DNA of 64,000 nt from a virus (taxonomy: Duplodnaviria > Heunggongvirae > Uroviricota > Caudoviricetes). Below the pieces are notes generated by a model. The model searched no databases, was not told the DNA's origin, and worked only from the letters and a program-made list of their open reading frames with translations. This document shows positions 47,638 through 57,489 of the stretch, piece after piece. Location: the IMG/VR virus record IMGVR_UViG_3300034093_001947, one strand, 5' to 3'. A program made the position numbers and the translations under genes. The first letter of the stretch is position 1. Each line of letters begins with the position of its first letter.

Positions 47638-48285
47638 ATGAAACCTACCGTTGCCCTGTTTTTGTATGATCCTAAATGTAGCGTACAGTCAGGCAATGGA
47701 GTTATACGATCATTACAGTCACATTATAACTTTAAAATATTCAGCATCAATCCCTTAGAAGATAACTTCTTTGATGATGTAGACATGATAGTTATTCCTG
47801 GCGGCTTTGGTGATGCTAGTACATTTGACCGTGCATTTAAATATACTAAAGATAGAGTTAAAACATTTGTAAGCGGTGGTGGTAAGTATTTAGGTATATG
47901 CATGGGTGCGTATTGGGCCGGCCAACACTATTTTGATATACTGGACAGCGTTGATGCTGTTCAATACTCAACGCAACCCAATACAGATACACGCAGACCA
48001 CACGCTAAAAATATCAGTATAACTTGGAAAAACCAGCCAATGAATATGTTTTGGTATGATGGTTGTGCTTTAGTAGGTAACTCTGCTAAGTTTAACACCA
48101 TTGCCACATATGCAAACGGAGACGCTATGGCTATTATACAAAACAATATCGGTGTAATAGGTTGCCATCCAGAAAGTGAAAACTATTGGTACGATAGCTA
48201 CTCATGGATGGCGGGCAAGTATCACAATGGACAACATCACCGTCTGCTTTTAGACTTTGCTAACCAACTAAATACTGGATGTTGA
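47638..48285 (+). CDS. class-I glutamine amidotransferase-like fold protein
   Basis: …MIVIPGGFGDAS…GGKYLGICMGAY… (possible nucleophile elbow G-x-C-x-G). Confidence 0.4.
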   Translation: MKPTVALFLYDPKCSVQSGNGVIRSLQSHYNFKIFSINPLEDNFFDDVDMIVIPGGFGDASTFDRAFKYTKDRVKTFVSGGGKYLGICMGAYWAGQHYFDILDSVDAVQYSTQPNTDTRRPHAKNISITWKNQPMNMFWYDGCALVGNSAKFNTIATYANGDAMAIIQNNIGVIGCHPESENYWYDSYSWMAGKYHNGQHHRLLLDFANQLNTGC

Positions 48286-50333
48286 AAAAAATCCTAACAA
48301 GTCCATGGACAGCATTGCTGACATTGGCACTTATTTTAAGTATAAGAATTGCTGATCCTGTCTTTGTAGAAAGTATAAGACTACGCTATTTTGATACGCT
48401 GATTACATCTAAAGAAACTACTGTTAACAACATTGTTACAGTAAACATTGATGAAGGGAGCTTAGACAAATATGGACAATGGCCGTTACCTCGTGTTGAG
48501 TATTCCCGACTTATACGAGATTTATATCAGAGGGGAGCGGGCCTTGTGGTACTTAACGTACTCATGCCAGAAACAGATCGTACAGGTGGTGACAGTCAAC
48601 TGGGTAAAGCTCTAAAAGAATACCCAGTTGTATTAGGCAGCATTCCTGCACAGAAAACAAAGAACGAACCACGCAATCCCGGTTCGGCAGTATTAGGTCC
48701 TGAGTACTTGGATCAAATTATACAGTATCCGGGTTTGATTGCCAACGTACCTGTGTTAGAGAACGCAGCAGCAGGTGTTGGTATCGTAAACACACTGCCA
48801 GAAGTAGATGGTGTTAATCGCAGATTGCCGTTAATTGTCACAGTTGACGGTAAGTTATATCCTAGTCTAGCTATGGAAACACTCCGCGTAGCGGCAGGCG
48901 ATTCAACATTCCAAGTCAAGCTATTTGAAGGTGGAGTTGAGAAGATGCGTATACCTAAGTTTGGTCCTGTAGCAACAGATAACTTAGGTCGCATATGGAT
49001 TGATTGGAGTCAGGCAAGTCACAGCGTTAGTGCAGTAAACCTGCCAAAAGATCTAGCAGGTGCTATTGTTATCGTAGGCCCAACAGCCGCAGGTATTGCT
49101 AATCCATTACCCACTAGTAAGGGTGCAGTATTTCCACACGAAGTACAGGCCGCAGTAATAGGCACAATGATGAACAATGTAACTATCCAGCGTCCGGATT
49201 ACGCAGATGGTGTGGAAATTATTGTACTGTTAGCAGCAGGCGTACTATTATTATTTTTAACAAGGTGGGTATATGTTGGACTTGGAACAGTGGTTGCTCT
49301 TTCTATGGGTGGTGTTGCTGTCAGCATGTATGCTTATAGCCAGTATCTTTATCTGTTTGATGCTACTGCTTTTGTCAGTGGCATATTGCTTGTGGCATTA
49401 CATGCATACGGAGTTAAATTCGTAAGCGAGTTTTTACAGAAGCAGGCAATCAAGAAACAGTTTGCAGGTTACGCTAGTCCTACAGTGGTTAGATTACTGC
49501 AAGAAAATCCAGACCTTATTAAGAAGGGTGTTAAGAAAGAAGTCAGCATACTGTTTTCAGACTTACGTGGCTTTACACCCCTAGGTGAAAGCTTTGGTGA
49601 TGATGTTGCGGGGCTTACACGTATAATGAACGGCTACATGGACGCTATTACGCAACCTGTATTAGATGCAGACGGAATGATTATCAAGTACATCGGTGAT
49701 GCCAGTATGCACATACACAATGCACCCATTGAAGATCTTAATCACCCGTCAACAGCAGTTCGCACAGGATTAAAGATGCTTAGAGCTGTAGATACTTTTA
49801 ACCGAGACGTGATTGTTCCGCAAGGCAGACCACCAGTTGGTATGGGTGCAGGCATTAATACAGGATTGGGCTACATCGGTGAGATGGGCAGTACAGCTCG
49901 ACACAGTTACGATGTACTAGGCGATGCCGTTAGCACAGCCGCACGTATCGAAAGCAAGTGTAAAGAATACGGTTGCCTGTTATTAGTAGGTGGAGCAACC
50001 GTTCAACGATGTGCTGACGAGTTCTTCTTCCTTAAGATTGACGACCTAGCAGTTAAAGGTAAGAGTGTAGGAGTTGCTATCTATACAGTACTTGACCCTG
50101 ACGTAACTGTTGCCGCAGAATATTTGTTAGCACAAGAAACTCATAATGAAATGCACTCATGTTATAGACAGCAGAAATGGGACGATGCCATTACACTGTG
50201 TGAAGAACTGAAAGATGAGTTCGACGGGCAAATGAAAAAATACTACAGCATGTGGATAGAACGCTGTGAGTTTCAAAAGACTCAAATACTTCCAGCCGAC
50301 TGGAATGGCGTATTCATAGCCACAAGCAAGTAA
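48279..50333 (+). CDS. CHASE2 sensor domain-containing class III adenylate/guanylate cyclase
   Basis: N-terminal TM and a CHASE2-like region (…VNIDEGSLDKYGQWPLPR…LIRDLYQRGAGLVVLNV…), a TM cluster at about residues 300-370, then a cyclase homology domain (…ILFSDLRGFTPLGE…KYIGDASM…GINTG…). Confidence 0.7.
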   Translation: MLKKILTSPWTALLTLALILSIRIADPVFVESIRLRYFDTLITSKETTVNNIVTVNIDEGSLDKYGQWPLPRVEYSRLIRDLYQRGAGLVVLNVLMPETDRTGGDSQLGKALKEYPVVLGSIPAQKTKNEPRNPGSAVLGPEYLDQIIQYPGLIANVPVLENAAAGVGIVNTLPEVDGVNRRLPLIVTVDGKLYPSLAMETLRVAAGDSTFQVKLFEGGVEKMRIPKFGPVATDNLGRIWIDWSQASHSVSAVNLPKDLAGAIVIVGPTAAGIANPLPTSKGAVFPHEVQAAVIGTMMNNVTIQRPDYADGVEIIVLLAAGVLLLFLTRWVYVGLGTVVALSMGGVAVSMYAYSQYLYLFDATAFVSGILLVALHAYGVKFVSEFLQKQAIKKQFAGYASPTVVRLLQENPDLIKKGVKKEVSILFSDLRGFTPLGESFGDDVAGLTRIMNGYMDAITQPVLDADGMIIKYIGDASMHIHNAPIEDLNHPSTAVRTGLKMLRAVDTFNRDVIVPQGRPPVGMGAGINTGLGYIGEMGSTARHSYDVLGDAVSTAARIESKCKEYGCLLLVGGATVQRCADEFFFLKIDDLAVKGKSVGVAIYTVLDPDVTVAAEYLLAQETHNEMHSCYRQQKWDDAITLCEELKDEFDGQMKKYYSMWIERCEFQKTQILPADWNGVFIATSK

Positions 50334-50804
50334 TATCTGCAGGCCTACTATCCAAAATAGATCGCCATTTCGGTCGCAATCATTTTGGATAGCCTGTATA
50401 ATGTAAGTTACACACTTACATTCACACTCCCATTATTCGCAACTTAAGGTGAAACAGCACCGGTAATTTTCTGTTGGTCAAGGTTCTGACGTGTGACCCA
50501 ATGACCTAGCCTCATTGCGAGGGCGATTTCAATCCACTACCCGAGAGGATGCTTAAACGTCTGCCCACTGGCACGAAACGTTTGGATTGTCATAATAGTT
50601 GAAAAGATTTTCTATACTCTCATAGGAACAGTGACACCGCAGTTTCTTTAAAAGTCGTAGTAGGTTGGGTAAGGTACAGAGCCCAGAAGAGTGAAGATCA
50701 AATACCTACTGTCAAGTGTGTGCAGAGCAACTCAGCAAACATCATAAGATCACCCTCCGTAGAGGGTGTCGTATGGCTTCACAATCTAGCAAAACTTTCT
50801 CAAA

Positions 50805-51140
50805 TCAACTTTCACCTGATGTAGCTGACTTAGTATCTTCGTTACCCTCGCTTTTAGAGCGGTCTATTTTATTAATTGCTTTCTCTGCTTCTACACGTTC
50901 AAACTCAATTGTCTTACCACGTAGATGTAACACTGTATTAACTTTTTGGTTAAGTCTGATAAGGTCATTATCCAACATACGTATACGATCAATTAGTGCA
51001 ATCAAAACTGTGTTAGCATCGCTAATAACTGGTTTCACTTCCTTAGTAGCCCATTCCCACACATACTTGATAATGAATCCCATGCCTACTGCCATAACAA
51101 TAGGGAATCCGTACTTGTTAACTAATTCAACGACATCCAT
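50805..51140 (-). CDS. small membrane protein with a periplasmic coiled coil (lysis-cassette candidate)
   Basis: Start set at MDVVEL with an AGGAG RBS; TM (FPIVMAVGMGFIIKYVW), then …ALIDRIRMLDNDLIRLNQKVNTV… similar to the 51464 ORF. Confidence 0.45.
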   Translation of the reverse strand: MDVVELVNKYGFPIVMAVGMGFIIKYVWEWATKEVKPVISDANTVLIALIDRIRMLDNDLIRLNQKVNTVLHLRGKTIEFERVEAEKAINKIDRSKSEGNEDTKSATSGES

Positions 51141-51283
51141 TATAATATTACTCCTAGAATGAATCCTACTACTAATCCGAACATGCCGGCTCTCCACATG
51201 TCGCTATCGTGCCAAATTGGTTGGCTTTTTAAATAAATTTTGGTTGATTGGGGTAAACTGTCCCACCATGCTTCATACTTGCT
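51137..51283 (-). CDS. small C-terminally anchored membrane protein (48 aa)
   Basis: AAGGAG RBS, ATG, then …MFGLVVGFILGVIL; TAATG-type overlap with the downstream gene. Confidence 0.35.
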
Positions 51284-51464
51284 CATACTGTTTACTCCTT
51301 ATGAATTTTTCAAGAGGATCTATTTTGACTAGCATTTGCTTACCGTCGACATTGATAAACTTAAACATGTCGCCTGCTCGCCATCCTAATCTATCTGTAT
51401 TAAGTTCTTCATCTAAAACAATCTTGTCTGGATGTAGATCCCAACGATAATCAATGTGCAACAT
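51273..51464 (-). CDS. hypothetical protein
   Basis: ORF in the same operon; ATGA-type overlaps. Confidence 0.35.
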   Translation of the reverse strand: MLHIDYRWDLHPDKIVLDEELNTDRLGWRAGDMFKFINVDGKQMLVKIDPLEKFIRSKQYEQV

Positions 51465-51745
51465 TAATCTCTCCTTGCATCGTTTTTGCCGTCTGCACGA
51501 GCAATACGATCTGCATCAGGACGCAGACCTAGAGCATTGGATACAATTGTATCGATACGTATAACATCGTGATTCATAGTTTTTACACGATTGTCCAGTG
51601 CTGTGATAATACCAGCCATTCCTTTTATTGACCCAAGAACGCCCTGCAACAACAGCTTGATAGTTAAGTACACAAAGTACCCGCCTGCAAGTGCTGCCGC
51701 AACTGGCATACCGAGGTCGCCGATAATTTTAAAAATATCGCCCAT
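51464..51745 (-). CDS. small membrane protein, paralog of the 50805 gene (holin-like candidate)
   Basis: Two hydrophobic helices and …ALDNRVKTMNHDVIRIDTIVSNALGLR… resembling …ALIDRIRMLDNDLIRLNQKVNTVLHLR…. Confidence 0.45.
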   Translation of the reverse strand: MGDIFKIIGDLGMPVAAALAGGYFVYLTIKLLLQGVLGSIKGMAGIITALDNRVKTMNHDVIRIDTIVSNALGLRPDADRIARADGKNDARRD

Positions 51746-51953
51746 TTTTGCTCCTAGTCCTAAGTTGTGGTGTAATCGTATTTACTAGGTATATAATTTT
51801 TAAAACCTGGTACTTAATAACCTATTAGCGTTATAGGAACAATCAATGGAAAACCATGAGATTTTAGTTGATTTCTATTGTAAATATATGTACAATAACT
51901 GTACAGTACATAAGATGTACAGAAATTTTTTCATTTAACACACAGGAGATATT

Positions 51954-52493
51954 ATGAAAACAGTCGGTGACAAATTAGCCCCATTCGCAGTAACAGGCGT
52001 AAAGTTTGGACAACCAGAAGATGCATTCTTCGAAATTACAGAGAAGTCATTTCCAGGCAAGTGGAAAGTAATCGTTTACTATCCAAAAGACTTTACATTT
52101 GTTTGTCCTACAGAAATTGTAGCCTACGACAAACTAGCCGCAGATTTTGATGACCGTGACGCAGTATTGCTCACAGGGTCAACAGACAATGAGTTCTGTA
52201 AAGTCAGCTGGCAAAATGCTCACGCTGATCTAAAGAACATTCGTCATAATCAATTCGCAGACACACAGCGTGGTGAGTTGAGTTTGATTGAGCAGTTGGG
52301 CGTATTCTATGCACCTGCAGGTGCCGCACTTCGTGCAACATTCATTGTTGACCCCAACAACGAGATCCAACACGTAACTGTGAACAACTTGAACGTTGGT
52401 CGCAACCCAGAAGAAACACTTCGTGTTCTTGATGCGTTACAAACAGGCGAGCTATGTGCTTGTAACCGTACAGTTGGTGGCGAGACTCTATAA
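51954..52493 (+). CDS. ahpC: peroxiredoxin (AhpC/TSA family)
   Basis: Peroxidatic Cys motif …DFTFVCPTEI…, a thioredoxin fold, and a candidate resolving Cys near the C-terminus (…ELCAC…). Confidence 0.8.
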   Translation: MKTVGDKLAPFAVTGVKFGQPEDAFFEITEKSFPGKWKVIVYYPKDFTFVCPTEIVAYDKLAADFDDRDAVLLTGSTDNEFCKVSWQNAHADLKNIRHNQFADTQRGELSLIEQLGVFYAPAGAALRATFIVDPNNEIQHVTVNNLNVGRNPEETLRVLDALQTGELCACNRTVGGETL

Positions 52494-52888
52494 TGTTAGA
52501 ATGCCTTATCTTAGGCGATAGTATTGCTCAAGGCATTAGCACAGTTCGTAAAGAATGTGTTGCTTATGTTAAGAGCGGTATTAACAGCTACAACTGGAAC
52601 AATAGAAATATTGTCAAAGATTTATCTGCCAATACTGTGATTATCAGTCTCGGAACTAATGATCCTGATACTATAAACTCTTTTAAAGAATTGTTGTTAC
52701 TGAGGCAACAAATCTATGCAAAAAAAGTCATGTGGGTAATGCCGCCTATTAAACCAGCGGTGCAGGATATTGTTAGAATCATTGCTAACAGTTTTGGTGA
52801 TACTATTTTGACAATCCCAGAGTTATCGAAAGATAAGGTACATCCTACATATAATGGATATAAACAATTAGCGGAGATGACAAAATGA
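52493..52888 (+). CDS. SGNH/GDSL hydrolase-like protein
   Basis: N-terminal ILGDSIAQG (GDS block). Confidence 0.45.
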   Translation: MLECLILGDSIAQGISTVRKECVAYVKSGINSYNWNNRNIVKDLSANTVIISLGTNDPDTINSFKELLLLRQQIYAKKVMWVMPPIKPAVQDIVRIIANSFGDTILTIPELSKDKVHPTYNGYKQLAEMTK

Positions 52889-53391
52889 GTTTTATTGAAT
52901 CAGTAAAAGGTGCGTTGCCAGACTATGCAAAGGACACCAAGTTAAATCTTGATGCTGTTCTACTGCGTAGCACACTGGATGCAGATGTAGCCTTAGGGTG
53001 TGCTGTGGCTGCATTGGCTGCAACTGGCAACGGTAAAGTACTTAGCATCCTGTTAGCAGATGCCCCAGTACATGCAGAGTCAGCAATGACTGCGGCCAGT
53101 ATCATGGCACAGAACAATGTATGGTATCCATATGTTGAGATGGCAGATGATCCTGCCCTAAAAGGCCTGCCAGCACAGTTACGCATGAACGCCATTGCGT
53201 CACACGGCGGAACTACCAAATCAAACTTTGAAGCGTTTAGTCTTGCAGCCAGTATTGTTGGAAAATGCCACTTCTGTGTAAAAGCACATTACGAAACATT
53301 AAAGACTGAAGGCTATACAGTGGAACAACTTCGTGACATTGGCCGAATCGCTTCTGTTATGAACTCAGTAGCAAAAGTTTTAAATAGCTGA
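52885..53391 (+). CDS. ahpD: AhpD-like alkylhydroperoxidase (carboxymuconolactone decarboxylase family)
   Basis: …GKCHFCVKAHYE… gives the CxxC…H catalytic signature of the AhpD/CMD family; the gene follows the peroxiredoxin. Confidence 0.6.
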   Translation: MSFIESVKGALPDYAKDTKLNLDAVLLRSTLDADVALGCAVAALAATGNGKVLSILLADAPVHAESAMTAASIMAQNNVWYPYVEMADDPALKGLPAQLRMNAIASHGGTTKSNFEAFSLAASIVGKCHFCVKAHYETLKTEGYTVEQLRDIGRIASVMNSVAKVLNS

Positions 53392-53900
53392 TGCGAGTTG
53401 TAATCACAGGACACACAGGCGGGCTCGGGCTCGCCTTTTTCAATTACTTAACACAATCAGGTCACGAGGTTGTGGGTGTGTCTAGATCAAATGGTTATAC
53501 ACTGCCTGAAAAGTTTGAAGAAGTTGTCAACTTAGCAGAGACTGCTGATCTGTTCATTAACAATTTACACCTTCACACTATACAATATGAATTTTTAAAA
53601 CGTTTATATAATAAGACTTCTATTATAACTTGCGGATCTATGGCTGCTGACTACCCTAATCCAGACATTATTCGTTATGCTACTGCAAAAAAACTTATTG
53701 AAATTGAACATAAGAAATTAAAAAAGGAATCTCAATTTCCAATGTTGTTGCTGAAAATGGGATTCCTTGAAAACTGGACACAGTATGATTCAATTCCGTA
53801 TCAACAGATTATAAATGCTGTTGACTTTTGGATTAAGAATCCTCGTGCAAGTTTAATAGAGTTTGATAATGTTAACTACAATAACGGCTTTACCAAATAA
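53391..53900 (+). CDS. short-chain dehydrogenase/reductase-like NAD(P)-binding protein
   Basis: N-terminal VVITGHTGGLGLAF Rossmann glycine motif. Confidence 0.45.
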   Translation: MRVVITGHTGGLGLAFFNYLTQSGHEVVGVSRSNGYTLPEKFEEVVNLAETADLFINNLHLHTIQYEFLKRLYNKTSIITCGSMAADYPNPDIIRYATAKKLIEIEHKKLKKESQFPMLLLKMGFLENWTQYDSIPYQQIINAVDFWIKNPRASLIEFDNVNYNNGFTK

Positions 53901-54873
53901 AGTTTTTAGTATAATACTTAACGATACTTTTCAACTCTGAATCAAACTTAGCAACTGGTTTCCAGCCAAGGTGTTGTAATTTAGCATCGTCAATTGCATA
54001 TCGTACATCTTGACCTGGGCGTTTTTCTGTAGTGTCTAGATACTGATCTGGATCTCCCTTTAGGCCCATTGCTTTAATAATCTTCCTGGCAACTACAATA
54101 TTTTGTTCTTCGTAGTTTCCACTAATGTTATATACTTCGTTTACAACGCCTACTTCTATAATTTTAATAACTGCGGCTGCTGTATCACTGGCATGTAACC
54201 ATGTACGTCTTGGTGTGCCGTTATCGTGCAATGTTGCCTTTTTACCTAAACTCAAATATTTTATAGTGTGAGGAATAAACTTCTCAGTATATTGTCCAAT
54301 ACCGTAATTGTTAGTAGGACGAACAATTACATAAGATATACCGTAGGTACGTGCCCAAGCTGTAATTAACATGTCAGCCGATGCCTTTGTAGCAGAATAC
54401 GGGTTGCTAGGCTTTAATAGATCTTCTTCTGTATGGAATCCTTTTTCAATATCTCCATAAACTTCATCTGTAGAAAAATGTAAGAATATAGGCTGTTTTC
54501 TAGCAGCCTTTATTTTTTCTAAAATATGATGAACTCCGTTAATGTTACTTTCTAAAAATACTTTGCTACTGGTAATACTGTTATCTACATGAGTCTCGGC
54601 AGCGGTATTAATGAAATAATCACACTCATACAATTTGTCTATTTCATTTATATCTTTGTTTTCAAATATAAATCTTTTATATTTTTTTAAGTCGTCTAGC
54701 AAATTCCAATTGGCTGCATAGGTGCCTTTGTCAATGCCACGAACGTGCCATCCTCGTTCTAAACAGGCCAGTGTTACATGATAACCTATAAAACCTAAAC
54801 ACCCTGTTACATATACTGTTTTAATCATTTTAATTCCTTGATAACCATTCTGGATTGGCCAAGTACCAATCAA
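53890..54873 (-). CDS. rfbB: dTDP-glucose 4,6-dehydratase-like NAD-dependent dehydratase
   Basis: …VYVTGCLGFIGYHV… Rossmann motif, a Y…K catalytic pair and RfbB-like length. Confidence 0.7.
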   Translation of the reverse strand: MIGTWPIQNGYQGIKMIKTVYVTGCLGFIGYHVTLACLERGWHVRGIDKGTYAANWNLLDDLKKYKRFIFENKDINEIDKLYECDYFINTAAETHVDNSITSSKVFLESNINGVHHILEKIKAARKQPIFLHFSTDEVYGDIEKGFHTEEDLLKPSNPYSATKASADMLITAWARTYGISYVIVRPTNNYGIGQYTEKFIPHTIKYLSLGKKATLHDNGTPRRTWLHASDTAAAVIKIIEVGVVNEVYNISGNYEEQNIVVARKIIKAMGLKGDPDQYLDTTEKRPGQDVRYAIDDAKLQHLGWKPVAKFDSELKSIVKYYTKNFIW

Positions 54874-55771
54874 TTGTTTGTTTTAGTCTATCCTCTAAAC
54901 TCGAAGGTTCTACCCAACCTCTATCATATAACTTCCAGGGATCTACTGAAAAGCATAAATCGTGTCCAGGCCGATCGACTGGCACATATTCTAAACTAAT
55001 TTCTTTGTTCATTAGCTTGGCAATAATCTGAGCAAGGTCTGCGTTATTAACAAACTTCCTACCTGCACTATTCCATTTTTCACAAATGTCTTTTTGATTA
55101 TCTAAAATGAATCTAGTATGTAATGCAACATCTTCTGCATGAAACCATCTACGTCCGCCTATTGCTTTGCTAGGACCTACATGAATAGATAAAGGTTCTC
55201 CCTTTAAAATTTTAGACATAGCAATAACTGGAAATCTATTAGACTGGCACATTGGACCGAATGTGTTATTGATATGAATAATACTTACCGGAAGCCCAAA
55301 TGATTTACTATAAGAAACACATAATTCTTCGCCTGCTGCTTTACTTGCGGCGTAAGGACTGTTAGAATTGTATGCATCGTTTTCATAACTATCTTGCCCG
55401 ATTGGAATAGGACCAAACACTTCGCCGGAACTGTAGTAAACAAACTTTTCTACTTTTGATTTTCGAGCAAACTCTAATAAGTTTACAGTACCAATAACAT
55501 TATCTGTTACAGCACCCACCGGGTCGTTGATACTGTCGGCTGCACTAGGATTAGCACCTGCGTGTAGTATAATATCAATGTCGTGTATATTTGGTAATGG
55601 TTCTCTAATGTTATGGTTAACAAATTCAACCATACTGTATACGTCTAACAAACGATCTAAATTTTTAGATCCCGGACGAACAAGACACACCACCTTGTGA
55701 TCTTTTAAAAACTCTTTAACTAAATTGTGGCCTATAAATCCTGTGCCGCCTGTAATTAAAACTTTTTTCAT
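54830..55771 (-). CDS. NAD-dependent sugar epimerase/dehydratase (CDP-glucose 4,6-dehydratase-like)
   Basis: VLITGGTGFIGHNLV and …YAASKAAGE… (YxxxK). Confidence 0.6.
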   Translation of the reverse strand: MKKVLITGGTGFIGHNLVKEFLKDHKVVCLVRPGSKNLDRLLDVYSMVEFVNHNIREPLPNIHDIDIILHAGANPSAADSINDPVGAVTDNVIGTVNLLEFARKSKVEKFVYYSSGEVFGPIPIGQDSYENDAYNSNSPYAASKAAGEELCVSYSKSFGLPVSIIHINNTFGPMCQSNRFPVIAMSKILKGEPLSIHVGPSKAIGGRRWFHAEDVALHTRFILDNQKDICEKWNSAGRKFVNNADLAQIIAKLMNKEISLEYVPVDRPGHDLCFSVDPWKLYDRGWVEPSSLEDRLKQTIDWYLANPEWLSRN

Positions 55772-56403
55772 TTTGCTACATAAACTCTATCAGACCAGTA
55801 CTCGGTTACAAACTCATAATTCCAACGAGCTAGATATGTTTCGATCATTTCAAGCGTTACACCGTATCGATGAGCCCATTCCTCCCACCATTCGATACAA
55901 ATAACAGGTCTAAACTTTTCAATAGTTTGTTCTGCACCTAGTAGCCCAAAATACTCAAATCCTTCAGTATCTAAATGGATAGCATCGCAAGCATCTAATC
56001 CCAAGTCGTCAATGCGTAAAGTAGGTAAGATTCCCGATCCCGATACATGTGTAGCACCTACATCAGTTGCCCAATGTCCTAGTCCGTGTAATCCTCGTTC
56101 ATTTCCTAAACAGGCTTGAAACTTTACTACATTAGAGGTATCTGCATTTAGCGTGAGAGATAAAAAATTTAAAGGATCTGGTTCAAAAGTATAGACACGA
56201 TCAAACATTTCTCCGTACTTTTTAACATAGAACCCTACATTGCCGCCTGCCTGTACAAGAACGCCTTTGTTTGGAACATGTGTAGCAAACTTTTCAGGTA
56301 CATCCGGATGGCTATGCATAAAGTCCCAACAACCTTGATCGTGATTGGGCCACCAGTATTCTCCACGCTCGCCTATTAAATTTGTTAAATTTGTTTTACT
56401 CAT
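55768..56403 (-). CDS. FkbM-family methyltransferase
   Basis: …VQAGGNVGFYV…VYTFEPDPLNF… matches FkbM blocks. Confidence 0.5.
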   Translation of the reverse strand: MSKTNLTNLIGERGEYWWPNHDQGCWDFMHSHPDVPEKFATHVPNKGVLVQAGGNVGFYVKKYGEMFDRVYTFEPDPLNFLSLTLNADTSNVVKFQACLGNERGLHGLGHWATDVGATHVSGSGILPTLRIDDLGLDACDAIHLDTEGFEYFGLLGAEQTIEKFRPVICIEWWEEWAHRYGVTLEMIETYLARWNYEFVTEYWSDRVYVAK

Positions 56404-56404
56404 T

Positions 56405-56884
56405 TTATGTCCTTCTTATGTTTAGATAGCAAGGCCTGTCGTTATAAAGGAACTCTTCCCAAATATCGTTTAGCTCTTCAATGCTGTTTGGTTTATAAAT
56501 CTTAATATTAGGAAATGCTCGTAATGCATCTTCATCATCGATTGCCCAATGACTAAATCCTAAATGGCCGTAATCTTTATCTCGACCTGTACCTACTAAT
56601 TTAACAGGAGCACCTTCATGGTTGAGATAGTTACGCAACCATTCATATGGTCGGAAAATTACAAAAGGTGTGATACTGTAACAAATAGGAATTTTATTAT
56701 GGTGAGTAAGTCCTACTGCGGCTCCCAGCATAAGCTGTTCAGCGGCACCTACGTTATATGCACGATCGGGTGCAACTTCTCTAGCTTTGTTTAATACACC
56801 AAATCCTAAGTCACCTGTTAACAGCCAAAGGCGACTGTCCTTTGATATACTTTCAGCTAACAGTTCTCCAAATCTATTTCTCAT
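56405..56884 (-). CDS. transketolase-family protein, C-terminal (pyrimidine-binding) subunit
   Basis: Paired with the upstream N-terminal subunit; the layout matches split transketolases found in sugar-modification clusters. Confidence 0.5.
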   Translation of the reverse strand: MRNRFGELLAESISKDSRLWLLTGDLGFGVLNKAREVAPDRAYNVGAAEQLMLGAAVGLTHHNKIPICYSITPFVIFRPYEWLRNYLNHEGAPVKLVGTGRDKDYGHLGFSHWAIDDEDALRAFPNIKIYKPNSIEELNDIWEEFLYNDRPCYLNIRRT

Positions 56885-57489
56885 AATTGTGCATAGTCCT
56901 CTGGCTTTAATACGTAATAGTGTGTTAGAATACCTTCAGCCCATGGCCACTTAGGCGGTTCTGTTTCGCGAATGTTAATGCGTGGTAAGAAAGCACGTAA
57001 CCGATTAATGATATATTCTTTGTCAATAAAGTCGTAGGCGATCATCCCGTTGACGTTTACATATACTTCTAAGTTATCTAACTTGGCTTCGTAGATAAAA
57101 CGCAATGCTTCCCAAATACTACCTTCTCCGCATTCGCCGTCGCTGATAAGACAATGTACCTTTCGAGTTCTGTCTGCTAGGGCATAACCGGTGGCAACAG
57201 TAAGCCCCATCCCGAGACTACCTGTACTACAATAGATACCACTGCCAACATCACGATGAGGATGTACCCCATGCTTGTGGAATAAAGATTCTGCATTTTG
57301 TCCTTCATATTTTTCCAATACAACATATAACGCTAGGGCCGCATGACCAGAACTTAAAATAAAGGGCTCGTCTATCTTTTTATTTTTATAAATTTCTTCA
57401 ATGATATTAACCGCATTAAGATTAGAACTAAGATGTCCAATCTTTTCTTTGTAGCTAATATCAATTACTCTACGTTCTACGCCATTCAT
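56881..57489 (-). CDS. transketolase-family protein, N-terminal TPP-binding subunit
   Basis: …SSGHAALALYVVLE… and …DGECGEGSIWEA… TPP-binding motifs. Confidence 0.55.
   Translation of the reverse strand: MNGVERRVIDISYKEKIGHLSSNLNAVNIIEEIYKNKKIDEPFILSSGHAALALYVVLEKYEGQNAESLFHKHGVHPHRDVGSGIYCSTGSLGMGLTVATGYALADRTRKVHCLISDGECGEGSIWEALRFIYEAKLDNLEVYVNVNGMIAYDFIDKEYIINRLRAFLPRINIRETEPPKWPWAEGILTHYYVLKPEDYAQL

Noticed and set aside
50340-50720. About 380-nt ORF-free region after the adenylate cyclase gene, examined for a small RNA
   Set aside because: It contains an 11-bp inverted repeat (CTATCCAAAAT…ATTTTGGATAG), a TGTATAAT -10-like box and an 8-bp hairpin (ATGTAAGT…ACTTACAT), but no recognisable RNA family signature. 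Probably terminator and promoter structures; not called.
50716-51162. 148-aa plus-strand ORF (MCAEQLSKHHKITLRRG…)
   Set aside because: It is antisense to the well-supported minus-strand small membrane-protein genes (RBS, overlaps, paralogy), has a low-complexity Ser/Leu-rich translation and no RBS.
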